From: Gammaproteobacteria bacterium
GTDB taxonomy: Bacteria > Pseudomonadota > Gammaproteobacteria > Steroidobacterales > Steroidobacteraceae
NCBI GenBank assembly: GCA_027307325.1
Contig: DAHUXE010000057.1
Coordinates: 1-58,070 of the forward strand
Length of the DNA stretch: 58,070 nt
Direction of reading: 5' to 3'
Part shown: positions 11,930 to 23,267 of the stretch, piece by piece
How the letters are laid out: each line of letters starts with the position of its first letter
Numbering within the stretch: the first letter of the stretch is position 1
Position numbers and translations under genes: made by a program
The notes under the pieces: generated by a model
Told to the model about the DNA's origin: nothing
Database searches by the model: none
What the model saw: the letters and a program-made list of their open reading frames with translations, nothing else

Positions 11930-13936
11930 CTACCGGCCAATCCGTACAAGGAAGTTCGCGGCGGTCCCGAGGTAGGCGTCGCGGTTGATCTTTCTGCGAA
12001 AGCCGTGGCCCTCGTCCTTCGCCGTGAGGTACCAGACCTCGCCGCCCGCGGCGCGCACCCGCCACACCAGCTGCTCGGACTCGGAGGCCGGGACACGCGG
12101 ATCGTTCTGCCCCGCGACGACGAGCAGCGGCCTCTTGATCCGGCTCGCGTTGGTGAGCGGGGAAATGCGCTCGAGGAAGGCGCGCAGGTGCGGGTCGCGC
12201 TCATCGCCGTACTCCGCGCGGCGCAGGTCGCGCCGGTAGGCGGGGGTGTGCGTGAGGAAGGTGACGAAATTGCTGATGCCGGCGAAGTCGATGCCGCCGC
12301 GCAGCCGCTCGCCATAGGTCACGAGCGAGGCGAGCGCCAGGTAGCCGCCGTCGGCGGCGCCCATGACTGCGACGCGCCCGCGGTCGAAGGCCGGCTGGTC
12401 GCCGATCCACACCAGGAGCGAGCCGATGTCGCGCACCGGGTCCTCGCGCAGCTCGCCGTTGGCGAGCGCGAGGAAGCTCTTGCCGTAGCCGGGCGAGCCG
12501 CGCACGTTGGGCGCGACCACTGCCATGCCGAGCTCGTTCACGAGGAACTGGATGAACGGGTCCCACCCGGGGCGGAACTGCGATTCCGGTCCCCCGCGGA
12601 GGTAGACGACGACCGGACAGTGCAGCGCCTGGCGCGGCCGGTAGACATAGGCGGTGAGCAGCCGCGGGTGGCCTGCCACCCGGTCCCAGGTGGGGAAGCG
12701 GACCAGCTCGGGTGCCACCAGGGCGCCGGTCTCGAGCGGACCCGGCTCGCTCCTCGTCCAGCGCTCGAGCCGCCCGCGCTCGAGATCGTAGGAGTAGACG
12801 TCGCGCGGCGCCTCGGGGGATTCCACCGACAGGCCGAGGCGGTGTCCGGCACGGTCGAAGGCGACGCGCGTGATGACGCCCTCGGGAAAACCGGCGGGCG
12901 AGACTTGCCCGTGCGTCTGCGTCTCCTCGACCACCAGGTGGCTGCCCCCGTCCTGATTCACGACGTAGGCCAGGTAGCGCCCGTCGGGGCTGGCATCGAA
13001 CGCCTCGACGTCCCAGTTGAGCTCGGGCGTGACGCGGCGCGACTGGTGCGTCACCGGATCGACGAGCCGCAGCGCGGCGAATTCCCCGTCCTCGTCCGAC
13101 AGCACGTAGACCCCGCGGCCGTCGGGCGCGAACTTCGCCTCGCGGATGCCGATCCTGCGGCCGCTGGTATCGAGCGCAGTCAGCGCGCCGCTCGCGGCGT
13201 CCGCGACGTAGAGATAGCTCTCGCCGAGCGAGACGCAGCGCCGCACGAGGAGCTTCGCGTCGTCGGTCGACCAGTCGAGCGGATACCAGCTGTCCTGCCG
13301 GCCGCCGACGAGCAGCTGCGGCGCGGCGCCGCTCGTCACGTCGGCTACATACACGTCGTAGCTGGCGCCGTCGCGGTCGTTACCATAGAAGGCGACGCGC
13401 TTGCCGTCGTGGGCCCACACCGGATCGCCGTGGATAAACGCGCCGTGGGTGAGCTCGCGCACGCTGCCGTCGGGGGCGCGGTAGTAGAGCTGAGCGTTCT
13501 CGTCACCCTCACGGTCCTTGAGGAACACGAAGCCGCCGCCGCTCTGCGCGGCGCGCGCGAAGCTGACCGGGTCGGCGTAGAACGTGAGCTGCTCGCGCGC
13601 GCCCAGGGGCGCGGCGACCCTGTGCACCTGCTCGGTGTCGCCGAAGCGCGTCGCGATGAGAACGGACCCGTCGGGCAGCCAGTCGAGGAGCGACGCCTGG
13701 CGCGACTCGAGGTAGCGGGCGAGGCGCGTCGCGAGCGCGGGATCGGGCGCGGGAATGTTGTCGAACAGGAGCTCGCCGCGCTCGTGCCGCGGCAGCAGCG
13801 GCGCCGGGGTGGCCGGCGGCTGCGCGGAATCCGGCGGGGCACTCTGCCGTCCGGCCACCGCCGCGCACAAGGCCAGACTCAAGGCCGCCGCGTATGCCGT
13901 CCGCGCGCGGCCGCAAGTGCCATTCCCCCGGGTCAT
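11930..13936 (-). CDS. S9 (prolyl oligopeptidase family) peptidase homolog with N-terminal beta-propeller; nucleophile motif reads GAADGG
   Basis: 668 aa; signal peptide; C-terminal alpha/beta fold with GQNDPRVP (Asp) and DEGHG (His); see findings for the Ser-to-Ala position. Confidence 0.8.
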   Translation of the reverse strand: MTRGNGTCGRARTAYAAALSLALCAAVAGRQSAPPDSAQPPATPAPLLPRHERGELLFDNIPAPDPALATRLARYLESRQASLLDWLPDGSVLIATRFGDTEQVHRVAAPLGAREQLTFYADPVSFARAAQSGGGFVFLKDREGDENAQLYYRAPDGSVRELTHGAFIHGDPVWAHDGKRVAFYGNDRDGASYDVYVADVTSGAAPQLLVGGRQDSWYPLDWSTDDAKLLVRRCVSLGESYLYVADAASGALTALDTSGRRIGIREAKFAPDGRGVYVLSDEDGEFAALRLVDPVTHQSRRVTPELNWDVEAFDASPDGRYLAYVVNQDGGSHLVVEETQTHGQVSPAGFPEGVITRVAFDRAGHRLGLSVESPEAPRDVYSYDLERGRLERWTRSEPGPLETGALVAPELVRFPTWDRVAGHPRLLTAYVYRPRQALHCPVVVYLRGGPESQFRPGWDPFIQFLVNELGMAVVAPNVRGSPGYGKSFLALANGELREDPVRDIGSLLVWIGDQPAFDRGRVAVMGAADGGYLALASLVTYGERLRGGIDFAGISNFVTFLTHTPAYRRDLRRAEYGDERDPHLRAFLERISPLTNASRIKRPLLVVAGQNDPRVPASESEQLVWRVRAAGGEVWYLTAKDEGHGFRRKINRDAYLGTAANFLVRIGR

Positions 13937-13962
13937 GTGTCTAAGCTAGCGCACGGGTTACG

Positions 13963-14940
13963 ATGTGTACACGCATGTCAGACGCTTCCGTCAAGCCGAC
14001 GATCTATCGCCACCCGCACGGCGTCAGCGCGATCGACGCCGAGTACCTCTATTCGGGCCACGCCGCGGCGCATCTCATCGAGGACTCGGGTTGCGCCGCC
14101 TTCGTCGACGTCGGCACCAACGACTCGGTGCCGTACCTGCTGGCGGCGCTGGACGAGCTCGGCATCGCGCGCGCGGCGGTCGAGTACGTGCTGCTCACCC
14201 ACGTGCACCTCGACCACGCCGGCGGCGCCGGACGGCTGATGCGCGAGCTCCCCGGCGCGCGAGCCGTGCTGCACCCGCGCGGCGCACCTCACATGATCGA
14301 TCCGTCGCGGCTCATCGCGGGCTCGAAGGCCGTGTACGGCGAGGCGCGCTTCGCGCGGCTCTACGGCGAGCTCGTTCCCATCGCGCGCGAGCGGGTGCAC
14401 GTGGCCGCCGACGGCGAGCGCCTGAGGCTCGGCGGCCGTACGCTCGAGCTCATCCACACGCCGGGCCACGCCATGCATCACTACGCGGTGGTCGACAGCG
14501 CACACCGCAGCATCTTCAGCGGCGACACCTTCGGCATCTCCTACCCTCCGCTCGCCACCGCGCGCGGCAGCTTCATTACCCCCTCGACGGTACCGACGCA
14601 GTTCGACCCGGAGCAGCACCTCGCCTCCATCGACCGCATGCTGAGCTACCGCCCCGAGTCGATCTATCTCATGCACTTCAGCCGCGTGACCGGCGTGCCG
14701 CGGCTCGCCGGGCTCCTCAAGAGCCAGATCGGCGAGCTCGCGACGATCGCGCGCCGGCACGCGCACGCGCAGGATCGCGCCGAGCGCATCCGCGCCGACA
14801 TGCGCGCGCTGTGGATCGCGCTGGCGCGCGGCGAAGGCAGCACGCTCGCGGACGCCGCTCTCGAGCGGGCGCTCGCGGGCGACCTCGAGTTGAATACCCA
14901 GGGACTCATCGCCTGGCTCGATCGCGGCACGGAGAGATGA
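13963..14940 (+). CDS. MBL-fold metallo-hydrolase
   Basis: 325 aa; HVHLDHAGG (HxHxDH) motif; true start may be the Met at 13975. Confidence 0.8.
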   Translation: MCTRMSDASVKPTIYRHPHGVSAIDAEYLYSGHAAAHLIEDSGCAAFVDVGTNDSVPYLLAALDELGIARAAVEYVLLTHVHLDHAGGAGRLMRELPGARAVLHPRGAPHMIDPSRLIAGSKAVYGEARFARLYGELVPIARERVHVAADGERLRLGGRTLELIHTPGHAMHHYAVVDSAHRSIFSGDTFGISYPPLATARGSFITPSTVPTQFDPEQHLASIDRMLSYRPESIYLMHFSRVTGVPRLAGLLKSQIGELATIARRHAHAQDRAERIRADMRALWIALARGEGSTLADAALERALAGDLELNTQGLIAWLDRGTER

Positions 14941-14943
14941 CTC

Positions 14944-15933
14944 ATGAAACCCTTCAAGGCGTTCCGCATTCATTCCGAGGGCGGCCGGATCGCCGCGCGC
15001 TTCGAGGAGCTGACGCTCGATGACCTCGCCGCCGGCGAGGTGGTGATCCGCGTCGCCTGCTCCGACATCAACTACAAGGACGCGCTCGCCGCGACCGGCG
15101 CCGGCAAGATCCTGCGCCGCTACCCGCTGGTGGGCGGCATCGATCTCGCGGGCACCGTCGAGAGCTCGGGCGATGCGCGCTTCAAGCCGGGAGATCCGGT
15201 GCTGGTGACGGGCTGCGGGCTCTCCGAGACGCACGACGGGGGCTATGCGCAGTTCGCGCGGGTGCAAGGCGACTGGGTGATCCCCATTCCCGCCGGGCTC
15301 GACGCCCGCACCGCGATGTCGCTCGGCACCGCGGGCTTCACCGCGGCGCTGGCCATTCACCGCATGGAGCAGAACGGGCAGACCCCTACCGGGGGTCCGA
15401 TCGTGGTCACGGGCGCCACCGGGGGCGTGGGCAGCGTCGCGATCGACATGCTCGCGACGCGCGGCTACCGGGTGATCGCGGTGAGCGGCAAGGCGGACGC
15501 CGCGGAGTACCTCAAGGCCCTCGGCGCCTCCGAGGTGCTCGACCGCAAGAGCCTCGACCTGGGGAGCCGGCCGCTCGAGGCCGCGCGCTTCGCCGGCGCC
15601 ATCGACAACCTCGGCGGCGAGGTGCTCGCCTGGCTCACGCGCACCGTGGACTTATGGGGCAACATCGCCAGCATCGGGCTCGCCAGCTCGCCCGAGCTCA
15701 AGACCACCGTGATGCCGTTCATCCTGCGGGGGGTGGCGCTCCTCGGCATCAACTCCTCGGCGACCCGCCGGGACTGGCGCCTCGCGGTGTGGCAGCGCAT
15801 CGCGACCGACTTGAAGCCCCGGCAACTCGCGCGCATCGTGACGCGCACCATCGACTTCGAGCAGCTGCCGCAGGCCTTTCCCGACTATCTCGCCGGGCGC
15901 GTCACCGGGCGCACCCTGGTGCGCATCGGCTGA
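14944..15933 (+). CDS. YhdH/AcuI-type NADPH:quinone/acrylyl-CoA reductase (MDR family)
   Basis: 329 aa; zinc-free MDR with GATGGVGS Rossmann motif; YhdH-like N-terminus. Confidence 0.8.
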   Translation: MKPFKAFRIHSEGGRIAARFEELTLDDLAAGEVVIRVACSDINYKDALAATGAGKILRRYPLVGGIDLAGTVESSGDARFKPGDPVLVTGCGLSETHDGGYAQFARVQGDWVIPIPAGLDARTAMSLGTAGFTAALAIHRMEQNGQTPTGGPIVVTGATGGVGSVAIDMLATRGYRVIAVSGKADAAEYLKALGASEVLDRKSLDLGSRPLEAARFAGAIDNLGGEVLAWLTRTVDLWGNIASIGLASSPELKTTVMPFILRGVALLGINSSATRRDWRLAVWQRIATDLKPRQLARIVTRTIDFEQLPQAFPDYLAGRVTGRTLVRIG

Positions 15934-16026
15934 AATTCCTACCCGCGAGTAGGATTGCACCCGCAGGGCGCTTGCCCCGGCTGCGCGCGGCGCGTATAGA
16001 ATGACTGTCTCCCTTCGAGGTCGCCC

Positions 16027-16910
16027 ATGTCGGATCGAGCACCCACCGCCGGAGCGCGCCTGCGGGCCGCCGTCGAGGCGGAGCGTCCGCTGCAGGTCGT
16101 CGGCACGATCAACGCCTACGCGGCGCTGCTCGCCGCGCGTGCCGGCTTTCGCGCCATCTACCTCTCGGGCGCCGGGGTCGCCAACGCCTCCTTCGGCCTG
16201 CCGGACTTAGGTGTCACGACCCTCAACGACGTCTGCGAGGATGTGCGGCGCATCACCGGCAAGTGCGAGCTGCCGCTGCTGGTGGACGCCGACACCGGCT
16301 TCGGCAGCGCCTTCAACATCGCCCGCACCTGCCGCGACCTGATCCGCGCCGGGGCCGCCGGCATGCACCTCGAGGACCAGGTGTCGGCCAAGCGCTGCGG
16401 CCATCGCCCCGGCAAGGCGCTGGTGCCGGCCGGCGAGATGGTGGACCGCCTGAAGGCCGCGGTCGATGCGCGCACCGACACGGCCTTCGTCGTGATGGCG
16501 CGCACCGATGCGCTCGCGGTCGAGGGCCTCGACGCCGCGCTCGAGCGCACCGCGGCGTACGTCGCCGCCGGCGCCGACATGATCTTCGCCGAGGCCGTGG
16601 GCAGCCTCGAGGAGTACCGGCGGTTCGCCGCGCGCGCCGGCTGCCCGGTGCTCGCCAACATCACCGAGTTCGGCCAGACGCCGCTCTTCACGCTCACCGA
16701 GCTTGCGGGCGCGGGGGTGCGCCTGGCGCTCTACCCGCTGTCGGCGTTCCGTGCCGCCGCCAAGGCTCACGAGGTGGTGTTCGGGGCCATCCGCCGCGAG
16801 GGAAGTCAAAAGAGCGTCGTGCCCTACATGCAGACGCGCGCCGAGCTATACGAAGTGCTCGGCTATCACGAGTACGAGAGGAAGCTCGACGAGCTGTTCG
16901 GGAAAAGCCC

Positions 16911-16914
<4 letters not shown>
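16027..16914 (+). CDS. prpB: 2-methylisocitrate lyase
   Basis: 295 aa; PEP-mutase/isocitrate-lyase fold with KRCGH motif; followed by prpC and prpD. Confidence 0.9.
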
Positions 16915-18053
<1,139 letters not shown>

Positions 18054-18062
18054 GCCGCGGCC

Positions 18063-19520
18063 ATGTCCGCCCACGATGTGAAGTCCGCCGAGCGCCCGGC
18101 CTTCGACGCCGTGCTCACGACGATTGCCGAGTACGCACGCAATTACTCCGTCGCGAGCGAGGCCGCCTACACGACCGCGCGCTACTGCCTGATGGACACG
18201 CTCGCCTGCGGCTTCCTGGCGCTGAAGTACCCGGCCTGCCGCAGGCTCCTCGGTCCCGTAGTGCCCGGGGCGGTGATGCCGGGCGGGGCGCGCGTGCCCG
18301 GCACTTCCTTCGAGCTCGACCCGGTGCAGGCCGCCTTCAACATCGGCGCCATGATCCGCTGGCTCGACTTCAACGACACCTGGCTCGCCGCCGAATGGGG
18401 ACATCCCTCCGACAACCTCGGCGGCATCCTGGCCGTGGCCGACTACCGCGCACGGCTCGCGGTCATGTCGGGCGAGGCGCCGCCCACGGTGCGCGAGGTG
18501 CTCACCGCGATGATCAAGGCGCACGAGATCCAGGGCGTGCTGGCGCTCGAGAACAGCTTCAATCGCGTCGGCCTCGACCACGTGCTGCTGGTGCGGGTGG
18601 CCTCGGCGGCCGTGGTGGCGGCGATGCTCGGCGGGAGCCTCGAGCAGGTCGTGAACGCGGTCTCGCACGCCTGGATCGACGGCGGCGCGCTGCGCACCTA
18701 CCGTCACGCGCCCAACACCGGCTCGAGGAAGAGCTGGGCGGCGGGCGATGCCACGAGCCGCGCGGTGCGTCTCGCCCTGATCGCGCTCAGCGGCGAGATG
18801 GGCTATCCGTCGGCGCTGTCGGCGAAGACCTGGGGCTTCAGCGACGTGCTGTTCAGGGGCAAGCCGCTCGCTTTGCCGCGGCCCTTCGGCAGCTACGTGA
18901 TGGAGAACGTGCTCTTCAAGATCTCTTACCCGGCGGAGTTCCACGCCCAGACCGCGGTCGAGGCGGCGATGGCGCTGCACCCGGCGGTGCGGGAGCGCAT
19001 CGCCGACGTCGAGCGTATCGTCATCGAGACCCAGGAGCCGGGCGTACGCATCATCGACAAGACCGGTCCGCTCGCGAACCCCGCCGACCGCGATCATTGC
19101 ATCCAGTACATGGTGGCGGTCCCGCTCATCTTCGGCCGGCTGACCGCCGCGGACTATGAGGATGCGGTCGCATCCGACCCGCGCATCGACGCGCTGCGCG
19201 CCAGGATGCAGGTGCGCGAGAACCCGCTGTTCACCGAGGAGTACTACGCTCCCGCCAAGCGCTACATCGGCAACGCCCTGCAGGTCTTCTTCCGCGACGG
19301 CAGCCACACCGAGCGCGTGCAGGTCGATGTCCCGATCGGCCATCGCCAGCGCCGCGCCGAGGGCATGCCGGTACTGGTGCGCAAGTTCGAGGCCGCGGTG
19401 AGCGCGCGCTTCCCGGCGAAGCAGGCCGAGCGCATCAAGGCGATGTTCGCAAGACCGGCCGGGCTCGATGCCCTGCCGGTCAACGAGTTCGTCGCGGCGA
19501 TGGTGACCAACGGCGCCTGA
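18063..19520 (+). CDS. prpD: 2-methylcitrate dehydratase
   Basis: 485 aa MmgE/PrpD-family sequence directly after prpC. Confidence 0.9.
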   Translation: MSAHDVKSAERPAFDAVLTTIAEYARNYSVASEAAYTTARYCLMDTLACGFLALKYPACRRLLGPVVPGAVMPGGARVPGTSFELDPVQAAFNIGAMIRWLDFNDTWLAAEWGHPSDNLGGILAVADYRARLAVMSGEAPPTVREVLTAMIKAHEIQGVLALENSFNRVGLDHVLLVRVASAAVVAAMLGGSLEQVVNAVSHAWIDGGALRTYRHAPNTGSRKSWAAGDATSRAVRLALIALSGEMGYPSALSAKTWGFSDVLFRGKPLALPRPFGSYVMENVLFKISYPAEFHAQTAVEAAMALHPAVRERIADVERIVIETQEPGVRIIDKTGPLANPADRDHCIQYMVAVPLIFGRLTAADYEDAVASDPRIDALRARMQVRENPLFTEEYYAPAKRYIGNALQVFFRDGSHTERVQVDVPIGHRQRRAEGMPVLVRKFEAAVSARFPAKQAERIKAMFARPAGLDALPVNEFVAAMVTNGA

Positions 19521-19541
19521 GGGGCGCCGCTAACCCGCCGC

Positions 19542-21056
19542 CTACCCCACGCGCACCGGCACGAAGATGCGCGTGTCGCCGCGCTGGATCAGGAGCGCAA
19601 TGTGTCCCCTGGAGCTCTCCACCGCGCTCTTGAGCGCCGAGGCGCTCGACACCGGGGCGCCATTGGCCGACAAGACGATGTCGCCGGGCTGAATGCCCGC
19701 CTCGGCCGCCGGGCCCGACGACTGCTCGACCAGGAGGCCGCCCGGCACGTTCCCCTGCCGCTGCTCCTCGCTGGTGAGCGGGCGCACCGCGAGGCCGAGC
19801 TTGCCGCCCTCGTGCTGCGGCTCGCTGCTGCGCGCGCTGCTGTGCTCCTCGAGGGTGCCGAGCTTGATGCTCAGGTTTCGCGCGGCGTGGTCTCTCCACA
19901 GCTCGAGATCGGCGCTCGCGCCCGGACCGAGCTCGGCGATCTTCTCCGAGAGCTCGGTCGTGTTGTTGATCGGCTCGCCGTTCAACTTGAGGATCACGTC
20001 GCCCGGCTCGATGCCGGAGCGGGCGGCGGGGCCGCCCTTCTCGACGCTCGACACCAGCGCGCCCTCGGGCTGCGGCAGTCCGAACGAGTCGGACAGGTCC
20101 TGGGTGACGTTCTGGATCACGACGCCGAGCTTGCCGCGGGTGACGTGGCCCGACGTCTCGAGCTGCGTGCCGACCTTCATGGCCACGTCGATCGGGATCG
20201 AGAACGACACGCCCATGTAGCCGCCGCTGCGGCTGTAGATCTGCGAGTTGACGCCCACCACCTCGCCGCGCATGTTGAAGAGCGGCCCGCCGGAGTTGCC
20301 GGGATTGATCGGCACGTCGGTCTGGATGAAGGGCACGTAGTCGCCGTTCAGCGGCCGGTTCTTGGCGCTCACGATGCCGGCGGTGGCGCTGTTATCGAAG
20401 CCGAACGGCGCGCCGATCGCGAGCACCCATTCGCCGACCCTGAGGGTGCGCGAGTCGCCGAGCTTCACGGTGGGAAGGTTGCTGGCCTTGATCCTGATCA
20501 GCGCGATGTCGGAGCGGGTATCGATGCCGATCACCTTGGCCGGGTATTCGCGGCGGTCGGTGAGACGCACCGTCACCTCGCTCGCGCCCTTCACGACGTG
20601 CGCGTTCGTCATGATCAGGCCGTCGGAGCGGATGATGAAGCCCGAGCCCTCGCCGTGCATCGGCTGCGGGCGCGGCGACTGGAAGCCGAAGCCGTGGAAA
20701 AACGGCGCGAACGGACTGTTGGGACCGAAGGGATCCTGGTTGCCGTTGCCGTTGTCGCCGTTGTCCCCGTTCTCATCCCCCTGCCACGCCGCGGACACTT
20801 TGGTCGTGACGGTTATGTTCACCACCGCGGGCCCGTACTTCTGCACCATGCCGCTGAAGTCCGGCAGCGCTGCGACGGGATTGACGGCGGCGCCCGGGGC
20901 GGGCGCGGGCGCCACGGCGGCGGCCTCCTGCGCCACCTTGCTCGGCGCGGCATGCGCGGCTCCCGAGAAATAGAGCGCTGCGATCGGCACGGCGACGGTC
21001 GCCGCCCCGAGCATCGCGATGACGAGCGGTTTGCGGACCAGGGAAACGAGACGCAT
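19542..21056 (-). CDS. Periplasmic serine endoprotease, DegP/DegQ (HtrA) family, two PDZ domains
   Basis: 504 aa; signal peptide; TNAHV, D, GNSGGPL catalytic motifs; two PDZ-like C-terminal repeats. Confidence 0.9.
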   Translation of the reverse strand: MRLVSLVRKPLVIAMLGAATVAVPIAALYFSGAAHAAPSKVAQEAAAVAPAPAPGAAVNPVAALPDFSGMVQKYGPAVVNITVTTKVSAAWQGDENGDNGDNGNGNQDPFGPNSPFAPFFHGFGFQSPRPQPMHGEGSGFIIRSDGLIMTNAHVVKGASEVTVRLTDRREYPAKVIGIDTRSDIALIRIKASNLPTVKLGDSRTLRVGEWVLAIGAPFGFDNSATAGIVSAKNRPLNGDYVPFIQTDVPINPGNSGGPLFNMRGEVVGVNSQIYSRSGGYMGVSFSIPIDVAMKVGTQLETSGHVTRGKLGVVIQNVTQDLSDSFGLPQPEGALVSSVEKGGPAARSGIEPGDVILKLNGEPINNTTELSEKIAELGPGASADLELWRDHAARNLSIKLGTLEEHSSARSSEPQHEGGKLGLAVRPLTSEEQRQGNVPGGLLVEQSSGPAAEAGIQPGDIVLSANGAPVSSASALKSAVESSRGHIALLIQRGDTRIFVPVRVG

Positions 21057-21244
21057 GGATAGCTCCTGGAAAAAGGGAAAATTGCTGCTGCGAGGAACGA
21101 TAGAAGCGCCGCCTTAACGGAGCCTTAAGGCCCTGCGGCGCTCGTGCCGCTCGCGGGCAGCGCGGGCTTTTGAAGCGCGGGGAACGCAGAAAGTTCCCGC
21201 AGAGTACCGGCGGCGCGGGCCCCGCGCGGGGGAGGCGGCCTGGG

Positions 21245-21916
21245 TCAGTCGGTGCCGAAGCGCGTGTAAGGCCGCGGCTCGGTGCCGAGGGAGGGGCTGC
21301 GGCTGGCGAAGTAGGCCGCGATCTGCGCGATGTCCTCGTCCTTGAGGTTGGCCGCGAATCCCTTCATGACCGGGTTCTTGCGCCCGCCGTGCTTGTACTC
21401 GTTGAGCGCGCGCACCAGGTAGTCCTCGTGCTGCCCGGCGAGCGAGGGATAGATCGGCGCCACCGCGATGCCGTCCTGCCCGTGGCAGGAGACGCACAGC
21501 TGCGCGGCCGCCGGCACCGCACCCGGCGCCTTGCCGCTCGCCACCAGGGGCTTGCCGGCGAGGTAGGCGGCGACGTCCGCCATGTCCAGCTCGGAGAGCG
21601 ACTGGGTCTGCGAGTGCATGGTGATGTGCGCGCGGTCGCCGTCGCGATAGCCGTGCAGCGCGATCACCAGGTATTCCGCGTTCTGCCCGCGCAGCTCGGG
21701 CACGCTGTACATGGGATAGGCGTTCTTGTAGCCCTCGATCCCGTGGCAGCCGAGGCAGGTGTAGGAAACCTCCTTGCCGTGGTGCGGGTCGGGGGCCGCA
21801 GGTGCCGGCGCCGTCGCGGCGGGCTGCGCCTCGAGGGTCAGGCCCGCGGTGAGCGCGCCCGCGGCAATCGCCGCGATTGAAACCGCACGCACTGCAACTG
21901 CTCGCCCACGCCCCAT
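21245..21916 (-). CDS. Dihaem cytochrome c4
   Basis: 223 aa; signal peptide; two CxxCH motifs (CLGCH, CVSCH). Confidence 0.85.
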   Translation of the reverse strand: MGRGRAVAVRAVSIAAIAAGALTAGLTLEAQPAATAPAPAAPDPHHGKEVSYTCLGCHGIEGYKNAYPMYSVPELRGQNAEYLVIALHGYRDGDRAHITMHSQTQSLSELDMADVAAYLAGKPLVASGKAPGAVPAAAQLCVSCHGQDGIAVAPIYPSLAGQHEDYLVRALNEYKHGGRKNPVMKGFAANLKDEDIAQIAAYFASRSPSLGTEPRPYTRFGTD

Positions 21917-22043
21917 TTGCGCTCACTCCCCGCCCGGTAGAACGGGCCAAAAACGGCCCCGAATCTTACGGACTCGCGGCCGCGGCGCGCAAGCGCGCCC
22001 GTGGTGCGCCGCGCGCCGCTCCTGGTGGATGATAGGCGTTCCG

Positions 22044-22490
22044 ATGATCGGTCTCATCCAGCGTGTCGAGAGCGCCGAAGTCCGCGTCGGCGGAGAGGTG
22101 GTCGGCGCCGTCTCCCGCGGCGTGCTCGCCTTCATCGCGGTGCGGCGCGGCGACACGGAGACCGAAGCCCGGCGGCTCCTCGAGCGGCTGCTCTCCTATC
22201 GCATCTTCCCCGACGCCGAGGGGCGCATGAATCTTTCCGTCCGCGAGGTCGAGGGGGGACTCCTCCTGGTGCCGCAGTTCACCCTCGCGGCCGACACGCG
22301 CAAGGGCACGCGCGCGGGCTTCTCGGCTGCGGCGGAACCGCAGGAGGCGCGGCGCCTCTTCGGGTATCTGCTCGGCAAGGCGCAGGAAGCATATCCCCAT
22401 GTTTCCGCTGGCGTATTTGGCGCACACATGCAGGTGTCGCTCATCAATGACGGGCCGGTGACGTTCTGGCTCGAGGCTGCCTCCGCCTGA
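22044..22490 (+). CDS. dtd: D-aminoacyl-tRNA deacylase
   Basis: Start at internal ATG (MIGLIQRVESAEV...); about 148 aa, typical Dtd length and sequence. Confidence 0.9.
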   Translation: MIGLIQRVESAEVRVGGEVVGAVSRGVLAFIAVRRGDTETEARRLLERLLSYRIFPDAEGRMNLSVREVEGGLLLVPQFTLAADTRKGTRAGFSAAAEPQEARRLFGYLLGKAQEAYPHVSAGVFGAHMQVSLINDGPVTFWLEAASA

Positions 22491-22600
22491 GCGTGAAGGG
22501 CTTGGCGGATCTGAGCGAACTTCCGGGCCCCGGGGGTCTCATTTGACCTATGATTCCTGTGTTTGGCCGCGCTTGCGGACCTCAAGTGGAGTGTTGACGT

Positions 22601-22852
22601 ATGGGCATTGGAATGCGCGAGCTGCTGATCATCCTGCTCGTGGTGCTCGTGGTGTTCGGCGCCAAGAAGCTGCGCACCGTGGGCTCCGATCTCGGAGCGG
22701 CGGTCCGCGGGTTCAAGAAGGCGATGAACGAGGGCGAGGACGAGCAGAGCGCGCAACAGAAGCAGATCCGCTCCGATAAGCCGGACGCCGAGTTCGACGA
22801 GGCTCGCAAGAGCGACGCCGCCGCCCCCAGCAAGACCGACCGGAGCGTGTGA
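22601..22852 (+). CDS. tatA: Sec-independent translocase TatA
   Basis: 83 aa; one TM helix followed by FGAKKL amphipathic helix. Confidence 0.9.
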   Translation: MGIGMRELLIILLVVLVVFGAKKLRTVGSDLGAAVRGFKKAMNEGEDEQSAQQKQIRSDKPDAEFDEARKSDAAAPSKTDRSV

Positions 22853-22853
22853 C

Positions 22854-23267
22854 CTGTTCGAGGGGCGCTTCTCGGAAGTCCTGATCATCTTCGTTCTGGC
22901 ACTCGTCGTGCTGGGACCCGAAAAACTGCCGCGCGTCGTCTCCGAGCTCGGCCGCTGGGTGGGCCGGGCGCGCGCCATGGCACGGCAGTTCCGCGAGCAG
23001 CTGGAAGAGGAAGTGCAGCTCGAGCAGGCGCGTCGCGCGGAAGGGGCGCGCGCACAGGCGACGCCGCCGCCCGAGAGCCCGGCGACGCCGCCGCCCGCGG
23101 GCGAGGCAGCGGCACAGCCCGAGCCGGCGAGCGCGCCCGCCGCGTCCCCTGAGCCCGAGCAGCCTGCGACCTACTCGCACGCGCACCCCACCGACGCCAC
23201 CGGCGCCCGCACCCCCGCCGCCGGCGAAGCCAGCCAGACTCCGCGCACCGATGAGCGAGGAAACTGA
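22854..23267 (+). CDS. tatB: Sec-independent translocase TatB (probable non-canonical CTG start)
   Basis: The conserved TM/hinge segment (FSEVLIIFVLALVVLGPEKLP) is encoded in frame upstream of the first GTG (22908); no ATG/GTG/TTG lies upstream in frame; CTG at 22854 gives (M)FEGRFSE. Confidence 0.7.
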   Translation: MFEGRFSEVLIIFVLALVVLGPEKLPRVVSELGRWVGRARAMARQFREQLEEEVQLEQARRAEGARAQATPPPESPATPPPAGEAAAQPEPASAPAASPEPEQPATYSHAHPTDATGARTPAAGEASQTPRTDERGN

